A DNA stretch of 64,000 nucleotides from Candidatus Thorarchaeota archaeon (GTDB taxonomy: Archaea > Asgardarchaeota > Thorarchaeia > Thorarchaeales > Thorarchaeaceae), in contig JBHLRQ010000002.1 in the NCBI GenBank assembly GCA_048882385.1, forward strand, positions 5,581-69,580, in the 5' to 3' direction. Below, piece by piece: positions 29,791 through 38,866 of this stretch. Position numbers and translations under genes: made by a program. Position 1 is the stretch's first letter, and each line of letters starts with the position of its first letter. A model generated the notes under the pieces. That model was not told the DNA's origin, did not search any database, and saw only the letters and a list, made by a program, of their open reading frames with translations.

Positions 29791-30698
29791 TTATGGTAGC
29801 AACTAAAGATATGCCACTCAAGGAATATGTGCTGAAGGGAAATGCGGCCTGTGCAGGTTGCCAAGACATGGTGGCTCTTCGGCATGCTCACAAGGCTTTG
29901 GAAGGTGACGTGATTCAGGTCGTCCCAGCTTGTTGTACAAGTGTTGTTCAATCCCTCTGGCCAAAGAGTGGTCTTGGGATTCCAGTCCTGAATACTGCAT
30001 TCATGGCATCTGGTGCTACAGCCTCTGGTGTCAAAGCTGCTCTTAAGGCTAAAGGAAACGACCATACATTGGTTATGGTATGGGCTGGAGATGGCGGAAC
30101 ATTTGATATTGGAATACAAGCTCTAAGTGGTGCATTTGAGAGGAGGACAGATTTCCTCTACATTTGCTATAACAATCAGGTGTACAGTAATACTGGAACG
30201 CAACGATCTGGTGCAACACCACTCCACGCTAAAACAACGACAACATGGTTTGGTAAGACTGAGCCAGAGAAGATGCTTGATCTTATTGTAGCAGCACATG
30301 AACCAGTGTACCAGTTTACAGCGAACACATCCTACCCCCGTGATCTCTACGAGAAGTTCCAGAAAGCGCGAGAGTTTGAAGGACCAAAGTTCGGTCATAT
30401 CTTTCTCCCTTGTCCGCAAGCCTGGAATTATCCCGTCGAACAGGGTGTTGAGATAGGGAAGCTTGCTGTTGAAACAGGATACTGGATACAGTGGGAGCGA
30501 ATTGGTGAGGAGTTCATTCTTGGACGCCACAGTAAAAGATTCCAGGACCCAGAAAAGAGAAAACCAATCGACGAGTTTCTAAAACTTCAGGGTCGATTTT
30601 CACATCTGTTTAAACCAAAAAGGGATGACAAGAAAATTCAGGAATTACAGGACTTCGTTCAGCATCGATGGGATGTTGTCATCAAGACATTTACTTGA
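29787..30698 (+). CDS. porB: 2-oxoacid:ferredoxin oxidoreductase beta subunit (TPP-binding)
   Basis: N-terminal Cys motif (CAGCQD...ACCTSV) and the TPP-binding GDGGTFDIG...NNQVYSNTGTQRS motif. Confidence 0.85.
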   Translation: MIMVATKDMPLKEYVLKGNAACAGCQDMVALRHAHKALEGDVIQVVPACCTSVVQSLWPKSGLGIPVLNTAFMASGATASGVKAALKAKGNDHTLVMVWAGDGGTFDIGIQALSGAFERRTDFLYICYNNQVYSNTGTQRSGATPLHAKTTTTWFGKTEPEKMLDLIVAAHEPVYQFTANTSYPRDLYEKFQKAREFEGPKFGHIFLPCPQAWNYPVEQGVEIGKLAVETGYWIQWERIGEEFILGRHSKRFQDPEKRKPIDEFLKLQGRFSHLFKPKRDDKKIQELQDFVQHRWDVVIKTFT

Positions 30699-32226
30699 AA
30701 CCATTTTGCGACTGAAGTATTAGATATGTTACTCCACCAGCATAAGAAGAAACAATTCTTTGAATGCGATGTTCATCTCCTAGTTTACTGATATCTCCTG
30801 AAGTGATGTCTGAACGAGTCGATTCCTCAGCAATGAATCTAGAAACCCATGGAAGATCCATGAGAGCTTCTCCAATCTTTAAAAGCTGAATCAATCTATA
30901 CGAGGTTTCAAAACAGAGTGCTTGTGTAAATCTCTCAGCTTCTTCACCAAGTGTATCTAAATGGCTTTCAACAACCTCAACGATCGCATCAAACGCCTCA
31001 TCAACTTGGTCGATTATTGTTTCTTGCGGGATTCTCTCAATCTTTTCATCTTCAAGACTCTGTTTCAATGATGATAGAACCACTTTAAACCTATGCTCAG
31101 GACTGATTCTTGGTTTCTCCCCAATCCTTGCTCGTTGCTTATAGTCGCTCAACTCTTCAAACAGGTCTTTTCCAATATTGTTAGATTCGAGTAGTCTATT
31201 TGCTATCTTACTTTTTTCTCCATCAAGGAGATTGATAAACAGAGAAAGCTCTTCGTTCTGCCCCTTTCCATGACGAATACGCATAGTTTCTTTGTAATGA
31301 TCGACAAGCTCTTGTATTAGATACGTGAGGAAGTCCAAATCACTCCACTTCCTCCTCTCTCCATTTGCGGCATAGGAAAACAATGTACATGTGGTCATTT
31401 TTGTGGCAGACCTAGCAAGAACATCAAGAGTTATGAATAACCTACTGCAACTTTTCGGATTTCCAATAAGAGGCCAATCAAAGAGTCGATGTACTCCTCC
31501 TCCTGTGATTTGACTCCTAAGCATAATCTTTGCATGCATTGTAACAATGTATGCAGTGGTTTCTTCTGGAATCTCTTTTTCCTGTAAGGCAAACACTCGA
31601 TCCAGATCGTATGGAAAACCAGTTGATTTCATGATTACTAATGCCACCAATGCCCTCAAGCGTTGCTCTCTCATGGAATCTTCTATGACTTGTCCCCTTC
31701 CAATAGGATTGGCCTCAAAAACAATGTCTGGTATACCTCGTTTTTCCATTTCATTTGATATTTGTCCTTTCAGTTTCTTGCGTGATTCATCAGATGATAA
31801 TAATTCAGAAATGAACTCGCTGATCTCCTTAGTTGCAAAAGCTTCTGGCAAGGTAGATGGATTAATGAGTATCTTGGGAAGAGCCATTAACCATAACATA
31901 GCAATTGCTTCTTGTTTTGCTGCACCGATAACCTGTTGCCCTGATTGAAACTCATCTTTGTTTAAACTAAACCCAACCCACTTTGGAGCGTTCATCAAGA
32001 ACTTAAGAGTATCAGTGTCGTGAATGGTTTTGGACAAGATATGCTTCTTGATATTTGTGTACATGTCAATAGGATCGGAAGAGGTAACTGAAAAACTTCC
32101 TAAACCAAGTTCCTCCCGAATCTCCAATGCATCCTTTCTACTCCATTCCTCTATGGTTTTATAGAGCCATGTGTTTCGAAGATTCTCAACAATCTCTTTC
32201 GTGATTTGCTTCCATCCTTTGGTCAC
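30691..32226 (-). CDS. hypothetical protein (511 aa), mostly alpha-helical, no recognised domain
   Basis: Long ORF whose start overlaps the stop of the 292-aa ORF by 4 nt, giving a two-gene operon. Confidence 0.45.
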   Translation of the reverse strand: MTKGWKQITKEIVENLRNTWLYKTIEEWSRKDALEIREELGLGSFSVTSSDPIDMYTNIKKHILSKTIHDTDTLKFLMNAPKWVGFSLNKDEFQSGQQVIGAAKQEAIAMLWLMALPKILINPSTLPEAFATKEISEFISELLSSDESRKKLKGQISNEMEKRGIPDIVFEANPIGRGQVIEDSMREQRLRALVALVIMKSTGFPYDLDRVFALQEKEIPEETTAYIVTMHAKIMLRSQITGGGVHRLFDWPLIGNPKSCSRLFITLDVLARSATKMTTCTLFSYAANGERRKWSDLDFLTYLIQELVDHYKETMRIRHGKGQNEELSLFINLLDGEKSKIANRLLESNNIGKDLFEELSDYKQRARIGEKPRISPEHRFKVVLSSLKQSLEDEKIERIPQETIIDQVDEAFDAIVEVVESHLDTLGEEAERFTQALCFETSYRLIQLLKIGEALMDLPWVSRFIAEESTRSDITSGDISKLGDEHRIQRIVSSYAGGVTYLILQSQNGFK

Positions 32227-33101
32227 AGAGAGTCCCCTCCGAATAGCGTCCGTAATACATCGCTCCGTGACACATTTCCTTCAAACTCGAATCTGATGTA
32301 AAGCATCATATCAAGTATTGCCTTTTCAACATCTGTTTCAACACCTGAATCAACGAGTTTTGAAAACGAAAGTTTACTTAGCTCCTTCTCTAGCTCCGGA
32401 TTATCTGGACATTTAATTCCAGTACCAGTGTCAATCTCGATCTCATCCTCCAGTCCTCGATACTTGACATCAACAACCGAACCATATGGATGTTTTAGAT
32501 TTCGTATGTAGATTCTTTTTCTAGGACTGAGTCCAAAGAATTCAATATCATCAAGAAGTTTCGTTAGTCTTGTTTGTAGAAAGGAGCTAGAAACATATGC
32601 TTTCTTGAGTTCACTGAGGGGAATCATTTCAGCAAGACTAGAAGCTATCTGCATCTCTCTTTTGTAATTGAAGGTTTCGTGCTTCAGACCAGAGTCGTTA
32701 AGGAATGATTCTACCCCAAAACTGCCTAGCGAATCAAGTGTTATTTCTATTGGTCTGATATTTCCCCCATCATCAAATGAGATTCCTTTTCCCACATCGA
32801 ATGTTCTGACATCTTCAGGCCTGAAACTTGGAAGCATTACACCTGCGATTTCCTTGTGACTTACTTCAATAAGAACACCATCTACTGATGTTTGTTGGGC
32901 TGAGCAGTAGAAGAATCCTGGTAAGAATGCATAGAGATTACCAATTTCATCTGAAGAACCAGACTCTTCTACAATCGGCATTGAATACCCAACGCCTTTG
33001 AAGTAACCAAGGTCTGATACTCCAATCAGCCACTCATCCTCCGGCAGTACACTCTCTTGTATTTCAACCAGTCTGAGTGCTCGCCTACTTGGAATGTACA
33101 A
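32223..33101 (-). CDS. hypothetical protein (292 aa)
   Basis: ORF co-oriented with and overlapping the 511-aa ORF; no recognised motif. Confidence 0.45.
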   Translation of the reverse strand: MYIPSRRALRLVEIQESVLPEDEWLIGVSDLGYFKGVGYSMPIVEESGSSDEIGNLYAFLPGFFYCSAQQTSVDGVLIEVSHKEIAGVMLPSFRPEDVRTFDVGKGISFDDGGNIRPIEITLDSLGSFGVESFLNDSGLKHETFNYKREMQIASSLAEMIPLSELKKAYVSSSFLQTRLTKLLDDIEFFGLSPRKRIYIRNLKHPYGSVVDVKYRGLEDEIEIDTGTGIKCPDNPELEKELSKLSFSKLVDSGVETDVEKAILDMMLYIRFEFEGNVSRSDVLRTLFGGDSL

Positions 33102-33166
33102 TCATTACTCACCGGTCCCACGAAATCCGTTGGTCCGCCTAATTTGAATCTTTGGCCGATGACTGT

Positions 33167-34984
33167 TCACAGCCGTTGCCGTGTTACATATGCTCCCAAA
33201 GCTATTACAGCTACAACACCTAGCGACAGTGATGGAACAAAAAACTGCTCCAGCCTAAATTCTGCATAATGCGGGTCTGTTCCATCCTCAAATTCTTTCA
33301 AGTTGGAAAAAGAATCACCGTCTGGGTCCTCGAGTGAATCATCAGTTGTTGGATCAAGATTGTTTTCGATTTCCCACAGATCTGGCATTCCATCAAAATC
33401 AGAGTCTGGCTCATTTGGATTACAATTGTAAATGTATTCGTCTTTGTTTGAAACGCTATCAGAATCATTGTCGGTAAACGCGTCGTTTGGATCAAGTGGG
33501 TCTAGACCATATTGAATCTCCCAAGGATCTGGAAGTGTATCCGAGTCTGAATCATTGGAATTACGGTTTGTACCAATTATCATTTCTTGACCGTCGTTAA
33601 TCGAATCTGCATCTGAATCTAATGAGAAGTACTCTTCATCAAACCAAAACTCTTCGTGGTCAGGAATACCGTTCCAATCAATATCTGTTTCATAAGCAAC
33701 TTGGATTTCATGACCAACACTTTCCTCCCCGTTGTTTACAATGTTCAATCTATAGAGTCCTTGGCCCGGAACATTTTGATTGAATACCTGTCTTGGTTCC
33801 CAAGCTGATGCATCGGAATCTGTCATACTAGCTATCAAGTTGTCATTTGAGTTGTAGAGTCTGAATGCTGTTCCTCCTCCCCACCAACGACTTGTCACAT
33901 TGATTACAGTGGGTGCACTGATGACGAACGAATAATTACGATTTTGACCTGGCCTTAAAGTGAAGCTCAATTCATGAGTTAGCGGTTCTCCATATTTCCT
34001 AGCCATGGTGAATGCCATAGCACCTCCAATTGCTTTCACTGTCTCAGTAGCAACTTGATAATCATAGAGTGGATTATCCCATGTATCCTGAGGTGTGTGG
34101 TATGCATTATCATAAGCGCCGCCACTCTCATGAGCAAACAAGGCTGTATATCCCTTTTGCACAAATGGTGCATGATCTGAATTCTGCCAACCTGAAAAAT
34201 CACCAGAATTAATTGGTCGAATCATGTTGCGACCGTAGGTCTGACTCATAGCTCTCGTCAGGTCTGCCCAGTACCTTCCCTGATAATAGAAGCCTGTTGG
34301 ATATGCCATGAGAACTTGCTCGCTAGGTGGAGCGAATGGATCTGGTACGAGTAGCATATCAATATTGTAATACGCCAGGAGTTCAACACCTCGGTTCCTC
34401 AGGATTTGAGCTACTTCGGTACTTCCAATCAAGCCGATTTCTTCCGCATTCCAAGCACAAAAGTAGATGTCTAAAGGCCAATCATATTTTGACATCACCT
34501 TAGCTAGTTCTAATGCTGCCGCTACACCTGTAGCATCGTCGTTCGCTCCTGCTGATGAAGCAATTGTATCATAATGTCCGCCCACCATTAGAGCAGGTGC
34601 GTCCACAGGTAGATAACCAGGAAGTCTGCCCACAACTGATGCATAATCACCAAGGATCTCCACTTCAATTCTGCCATTAGAAACCTCTTGTAATTCCTTG
34701 ACAATATAGTTTCTCGCCGCAATATTGTTTGCACCCAGGTCAGATGGAGTTCGAACAACCCGCGAACCATTCTCAGTAAGTTTAATGATATAGTTGCGAT
34801 ATGAGCTAAGTAAAACTGAACTGAATATTTCGCGTGAATAATCCAATCCATAAATCCTCTGAGTTTCTGTTGTAGCAGGAGTATATGTTGTTCTAGAGGA
34901 TTTTTCCAATACAGCTTGTACCCCATTGGTAGGAGTCATAGCAAGGAGCAAGCAAATGAGTAAGATTGGAAGACATCGCTTCAT
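33167..34984 (-). CDS. secreted M28-family metallo-aminopeptidase with C-terminal acidic Ca-binding (TSP3-like) repeats and a C-terminal TM anchor
   Basis: Signal peptide; M28 motifs GGHYDT, NDDATG, NAEEIGLIGS and YHTPQD all present. Dx[DN]xDGxxD/PDxWE acidic repeats follow, and the protein ends in a TM segment plus basic tail (LGVVAVIALGAYVTRQRL). Confidence 0.75.
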   Translation of the reverse strand: MKRCLPILLICLLLAMTPTNGVQAVLEKSSRTTYTPATTETQRIYGLDYSREIFSSVLLSSYRNYIIKLTENGSRVVRTPSDLGANNIAARNYIVKELQEVSNGRIEVEILGDYASVVGRLPGYLPVDAPALMVGGHYDTIASSAGANDDATGVAAALELAKVMSKYDWPLDIYFCAWNAEEIGLIGSTEVAQILRNRGVELLAYYNIDMLLVPDPFAPPSEQVLMAYPTGFYYQGRYWADLTRAMSQTYGRNMIRPINSGDFSGWQNSDHAPFVQKGYTALFAHESGGAYDNAYHTPQDTWDNPLYDYQVATETVKAIGGAMAFTMARKYGEPLTHELSFTLRPGQNRNYSFVISAPTVINVTSRWWGGGTAFRLYNSNDNLIASMTDSDASAWEPRQVFNQNVPGQGLYRLNIVNNGEESVGHEIQVAYETDIDWNGIPDHEEFWFDEEYFSLDSDADSINDGQEMIIGTNRNSNDSDSDTLPDPWEIQYGLDPLDPNDAFTDNDSDSVSNKDEYIYNCNPNEPDSDFDGMPDLWEIENNLDPTTDDSLEDPDGDSFSNLKEFEDGTDPHYAEFRLEQFFVPSLSLGVVAVIALGAYVTRQRL

Positions 34985-34997
34985 GTGGTATCCTCTT

Positions 34998-36833
34998 TCA
35001 ATTCCATGGATCCTCTCGTCTTCTGATATAAAGAAATACTCCGATTAAAGCAATTACTACTAATGGCGTAGCAAACCACTCTGTCCGTATCTCCATGGGT
35101 TCTGGGACTTGTGGATCTGTATCATTCAAGTACTCCTCCAGATTGGTAATCCCGTCATTGTCAAAATCAAGATCCGCATCGTTGTTCAGTGGATTAAGTC
35201 CATTCTCTAGCTCCCAGAGATCTGGCATGAGATCGTTGTCGGAATCTGCAGAGTGCGGATTAAGACCTGCACTATATTCTTGAGCATTGCTCAAACCGTC
35301 TGAGTCTGCATCTTCATTGGCATCAGAAGGATCTCTTGGGTCAAATCCATTATCTACTTCATATTTGTCTGGCAATGTATCACGATCTGAATCACTGTTC
35401 ATCATGTCAGTACCTAGAAACAGTTCTTCAGCATCGCTCAATCCATCAGAATCTTGGTCTGAATCAAAGAGTGCCTCATCAATCCAATACTCGTTTCTAT
35501 CTAAAATCCCATTTCCATCAATATCTGATTCAATAGTCACATCAATTTCCAGTCCTATAGATCTGAAATCATTATTGTGCACAACCAACGTATATTGTCC
35601 ATTTTGTGACACATATTGATTAAACAATTGAGAGTATTCCCATGCTGATGCTGAACTAAATTCTCTTGTAGCAATAATGGATCCCTGTGGATTGAGTAAG
35701 TAGAATGATGCTGAGCCGCCAAACCATCTCGATGAAACGTTCACTATGGTTGGTGTAGATACTGTAATGTAGAACTCCTTCCAATTGTCACTTCCAAGAG
35801 TGAAATCATACTCATTGAATACAGGTTTATCTAGCGCACGACTCATTGTGAATGCAATGCTTGCTCCTATTACAGCGGCTGTTTCCTGTCCAAGATAATA
35901 GATGTAAGCCCCATTTTCCCATCTATCGTATTCATTCTGATATGCTGTGTCATATCCTATACCTGACTCAAATGCACACATCACATTAGTAAAACCCTGT
36001 TGATAGAAAGCGTAATGATCCGAAGATGTCCATAGATAGAAGCTTGAAGAAGGTACTGGAACAATCCTATTCAATCCAATATTCTTGCTCATCTGACGTG
36101 CTAGTTCAGCCCAATAACGACCCCAATGATAAAGTCCTGGAGCGTATCCAAATTGAATTCTTTCATCAACAGGAACATCAGGTGCCTGGACTAAGAGTGT
36201 GTCAACATTGTAAAGCATCAGGAAATCAATACTTCTATTCCGAAATTCATGAACAACCTCTGGACTGCCTTCCATAGGCAGCATTGTGAAAAGTCCATTG
36301 AATGTGATGAAGTAAATGTCGAGCGGCCAGTCATACATGGAAAGCACTCTCACAAGTTCTAGGACTGCAGCAATACCGCTACCATCACAATTAGCTCCTG
36401 GTGATCCTTCTGCAGAATCATAATGGGCTGTAATTGCAAAAGCAGGATTATTCCCAGGTAAGTAACCAGGTAGTTTTCCCACAACATTCAGATAATTTCC
36501 TATTATTTCGGTTTCAATTCTCCCGTTAGAGAGCTCTTCGAATTGTTGAATGATGTAGTTCCTTGCATGCATGTTGGGTCCACTTGTTGCTCTGGAGTAG
36601 TCTAAAACCCTTCTAGATCCGTTCTCGGTGAATTTCTGGACAATATTCTCATAATTATGCAGTGAAACCTCGTGGTAAATATCCCTTGAATAATCTTCAC
36701 CATACACTCTGGTGTATATTTCTGGTCCACTCTGGGCTTCGATTACTTGTTCTGTGGGCGAAATGGATGTACCTCCGGTTGATGGCATGATTAATAGAAA
36801 AATCATGAAACACTGTAGCACCAACCGCTTCAT
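34998..36833 (-). CDS. M28-peptidase-like paralog, predicted catalytically inactive, with TSP3-like acidic repeats and a C-terminal TM anchor
   Basis: Same layout as the neighbour, but the Glu-Glu motif is replaced (FNGLFTM instead of NAEEIG), NDDATG becomes NCDGSG, and the terminal His motif YHTPQD becomes YQNEYD. Confidence 0.65.
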   Translation of the reverse strand: MKRLVLQCFMIFLLIMPSTGGTSISPTEQVIEAQSGPEIYTRVYGEDYSRDIYHEVSLHNYENIVQKFTENGSRRVLDYSRATSGPNMHARNYIIQQFEELSNGRIETEIIGNYLNVVGKLPGYLPGNNPAFAITAHYDSAEGSPGANCDGSGIAAVLELVRVLSMYDWPLDIYFITFNGLFTMLPMEGSPEVVHEFRNRSIDFLMLYNVDTLLVQAPDVPVDERIQFGYAPGLYHWGRYWAELARQMSKNIGLNRIVPVPSSSFYLWTSSDHYAFYQQGFTNVMCAFESGIGYDTAYQNEYDRWENGAYIYYLGQETAAVIGASIAFTMSRALDKPVFNEYDFTLGSDNWKEFYITVSTPTIVNVSSRWFGGSASFYLLNPQGSIIATREFSSASAWEYSQLFNQYVSQNGQYTLVVHNNDFRSIGLEIDVTIESDIDGNGILDRNEYWIDEALFDSDQDSDGLSDAEELFLGTDMMNSDSDRDTLPDKYEVDNGFDPRDPSDANEDADSDGLSNAQEYSAGLNPHSADSDNDLMPDLWELENGLNPLNNDADLDFDNDGITNLEEYLNDTDPQVPEPMEIRTEWFATPLVVIALIGVFLYIRRREDPWN

Positions 36834-36940
36834 AGTTTCCTGCTCGGAACAAATCCCCTCAAGAAGGTTCTCCTAGAAGCAAATGATGTATTTGAAGCCT
36901 TTTTATAGAGTTAGTCCGTGTTCTAAGAAGTTGAAATCAG

Positions 36941-38215
36941 ATGCCTGTAACAGATTTGCCCTCGGTCCTTAAGATTAAAGATCCAATCCATGGTTATGTG
37001 TCACTCACAGCACTAGAAAAGGGGATTATCGATCTACGTTTGACTCAAAGATTGAGGTATATTCAGGGTCCTGCAGGACTTTCTCTTGTTTATCCGGGAG
37101 CAGCAATCTCTCTGATGGGACGAACTCTTGGATTCATGTATATGAGTGAGCTCTTCTTTGAGTATCTTGGAGGAGAATTGGATGAGGTTCTCAGTGGTAG
37201 GTTAGCATCATTACTCCTTATGCTGACAAACGGCCCCTGGGCTAACGTTTCAGAGGAATATCTTACTGTTCGTGGTCTTAATCGACCAAGGATATGCGAG
37301 ATTATTATCAATGAAACTGAAGTTGGAGATCTAGTTGAGGAGCATGGGTTCACAAAGTCTGAAGTTGTGAGTTTGATTACTAAAGGGGTCCCAATCAAGG
37401 GTGTTTATTTAGACTTGCTTCATTGTCCAATCAATCCCGAGTTGATTGATGATTTAGAACGTGATTCATACTTTGCAGGAGTTGAATATGCTCAGCTAGA
37501 ATTTCGAAGACTCTTTTCATCAACAAGGATTGCTAAGAACAAGATAGCTGTTGAAAGAGGGTCTCTATTCACACTTGAATCGTATCTATCTGCATCTGCC
37601 AATATGTTTGATGCAGTGTATTTCCACAAAACTGTGAGAGCTGCAGAACTCATGTTATTGCGGGTTCTTGATGAAGCTGGATCGCAGTTGTTCTCTCTAC
37701 CGACCGAAGATCCTTCAAATTTCTTCTGCTGTGATGACCTGACGTTTCTTCATCGATTGCTTCACGTCGAGCAAGAAGATACAGAGGAGCTGCAGACTGC
37801 AAATCGAATCTATAGTGACTTTAGTAGGAGGAATCTCATTAAACTCGTCAGTTCTAGAGCTCTGTCAGACCCTGTATTTCTTTCTAAGTTGTCAACAGCA
37901 GATGGATTGTATGCAATCGAGAGAGAGATTGCTGAAGGTGCTGGAATTGATCAAAGCAATGTCTACATTGATTTTCCTGATCGACCATCAGTCACCTATT
38001 ATCCCGGTCGCTTCAACTTGGAGGACCTTGTACTATTCGAGCGAGGGTCTAGTGGCTATGAGTTTTGGAGAGTAACAGATCTAAGTCCTATGGCAAGAAG
38101 CTTCTCAAGGATTTTGAAACCAGTTCGTGTCTACACGACTCGAGGGTATAGAACTAAATTGAAAAAATCTGCAGATGCTGTCTTAGAGAGTGTTGATACT
38201 GCAGGAAGCAAGTAG
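36941..38215 (+). CDS. HD-domain dNTP-triphosphohydrolase-like (SAMHD1/dGTPase-like) protein with degenerate catalytic residues
   Basis: The N-terminus KDPIHGYVSL...IIDLRLTQRLRYIQ...LVYPGAAISLMGRTLG aligns with the SAMHD1-type NDPIHGxIEL...IIDTPxFQRLRxIKQLG...VFPGASHNRFEHSLGV, but the His residues are replaced. LLLMLTNGPWAN stands in for LCHDLGHGPFSH. Confidence 0.55.
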   Translation: MPVTDLPSVLKIKDPIHGYVSLTALEKGIIDLRLTQRLRYIQGPAGLSLVYPGAAISLMGRTLGFMYMSELFFEYLGGELDEVLSGRLASLLLMLTNGPWANVSEEYLTVRGLNRPRICEIIINETEVGDLVEEHGFTKSEVVSLITKGVPIKGVYLDLLHCPINPELIDDLERDSYFAGVEYAQLEFRRLFSSTRIAKNKIAVERGSLFTLESYLSASANMFDAVYFHKTVRAAELMLLRVLDEAGSQLFSLPTEDPSNFFCCDDLTFLHRLLHVEQEDTEELQTANRIYSDFSRRNLIKLVSSRALSDPVFLSKLSTADGLYAIEREIAEGAGIDQSNVYIDFPDRPSVTYYPGRFNLEDLVLFERGSSGYEFWRVTDLSPMARSFSRILKPVRVYTTRGYRTKLKKSADAVLESVDTAGSK

Positions 38216-38266
38216 AACTGCTTTTCCCCACAATATATAATATCTCTCAGACACTACACGAATCCA

Positions 38267-38767
38267 TTGGTGAGGACATTGAGTGATCAACTAGAAGTGT
38301 TTGAACAGATTAAATCATCGCCAAATTTCTTGCTGATTTTAGTTGGAGCAGTGATTTGGTTTATTGGATATTTCACATGGGTCTTTATGCCAATCTTTGT
38401 TGTTCCTGGATTTGCGTTGACAATTATTGCTACAGCTCAAGCAGCTATGAGTAGACCAATTTCATCTGCTCTCCCTGGGTTGCTTGTCGGTGGATTGATT
38501 CAAATTGGTGGATACCTGGTCCAGAACGTCATCATCATTGGATGGGTGCTTGGTCCTGCACTGCAAGTCTTTGGTGGAGTCATGCTACTATTCTATGGTT
38601 TTTCCATAGCACTACAGAGAATTGACATACCCATTGTCAAGAACCTTGAGGATTTCCTAGAAGCCCAACAGAAAAAGGATGAGCCCAAAAGGAAGTCAAA
38701 GGTTGAAACTGTTGAAGAGATTGAAGAAGAACCTGAGTTAGATGAATCAGACGAAACTGACCAATAA
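38267..38767 (+). CDS. hypothetical membrane protein with an acidic C-terminal tail
   Basis: Three to four TM segments followed by an EEIEEEPELDESDETDQ tail. Confidence 0.45.
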   Translation: MVRTLSDQLEVFEQIKSSPNFLLILVGAVIWFIGYFTWVFMPIFVVPGFALTIIATAQAAMSRPISSALPGLLVGGLIQIGGYLVQNVIIIGWVLGPALQVFGGVMLLFYGFSIALQRIDIPIVKNLEDFLEAQQKKDEPKRKSKVETVEEIEEEPELDESDETDQ

Positions 38768-38866
38768 TAATGGTAAATCCTAGAACCTACCTGAAATTCC
38801 CTTAATAGTGAATCTTGAAAATCACAACTCAGCAGACAACATCATCTCTTTCAGTGGTGCAAAGTA

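Noticed and set aside
38768-38866. Searched for a canonical ATG start or promoter for the first zinc-ribbon gene
   Set aside because: There is no ATG. The GTG at 38867 gives an N-terminus (MFTCKRCG) that matches the paralog's TTG-initiated LFTCKKC, so the non-ATG start was accepted instead of extending or truncating the ORF.
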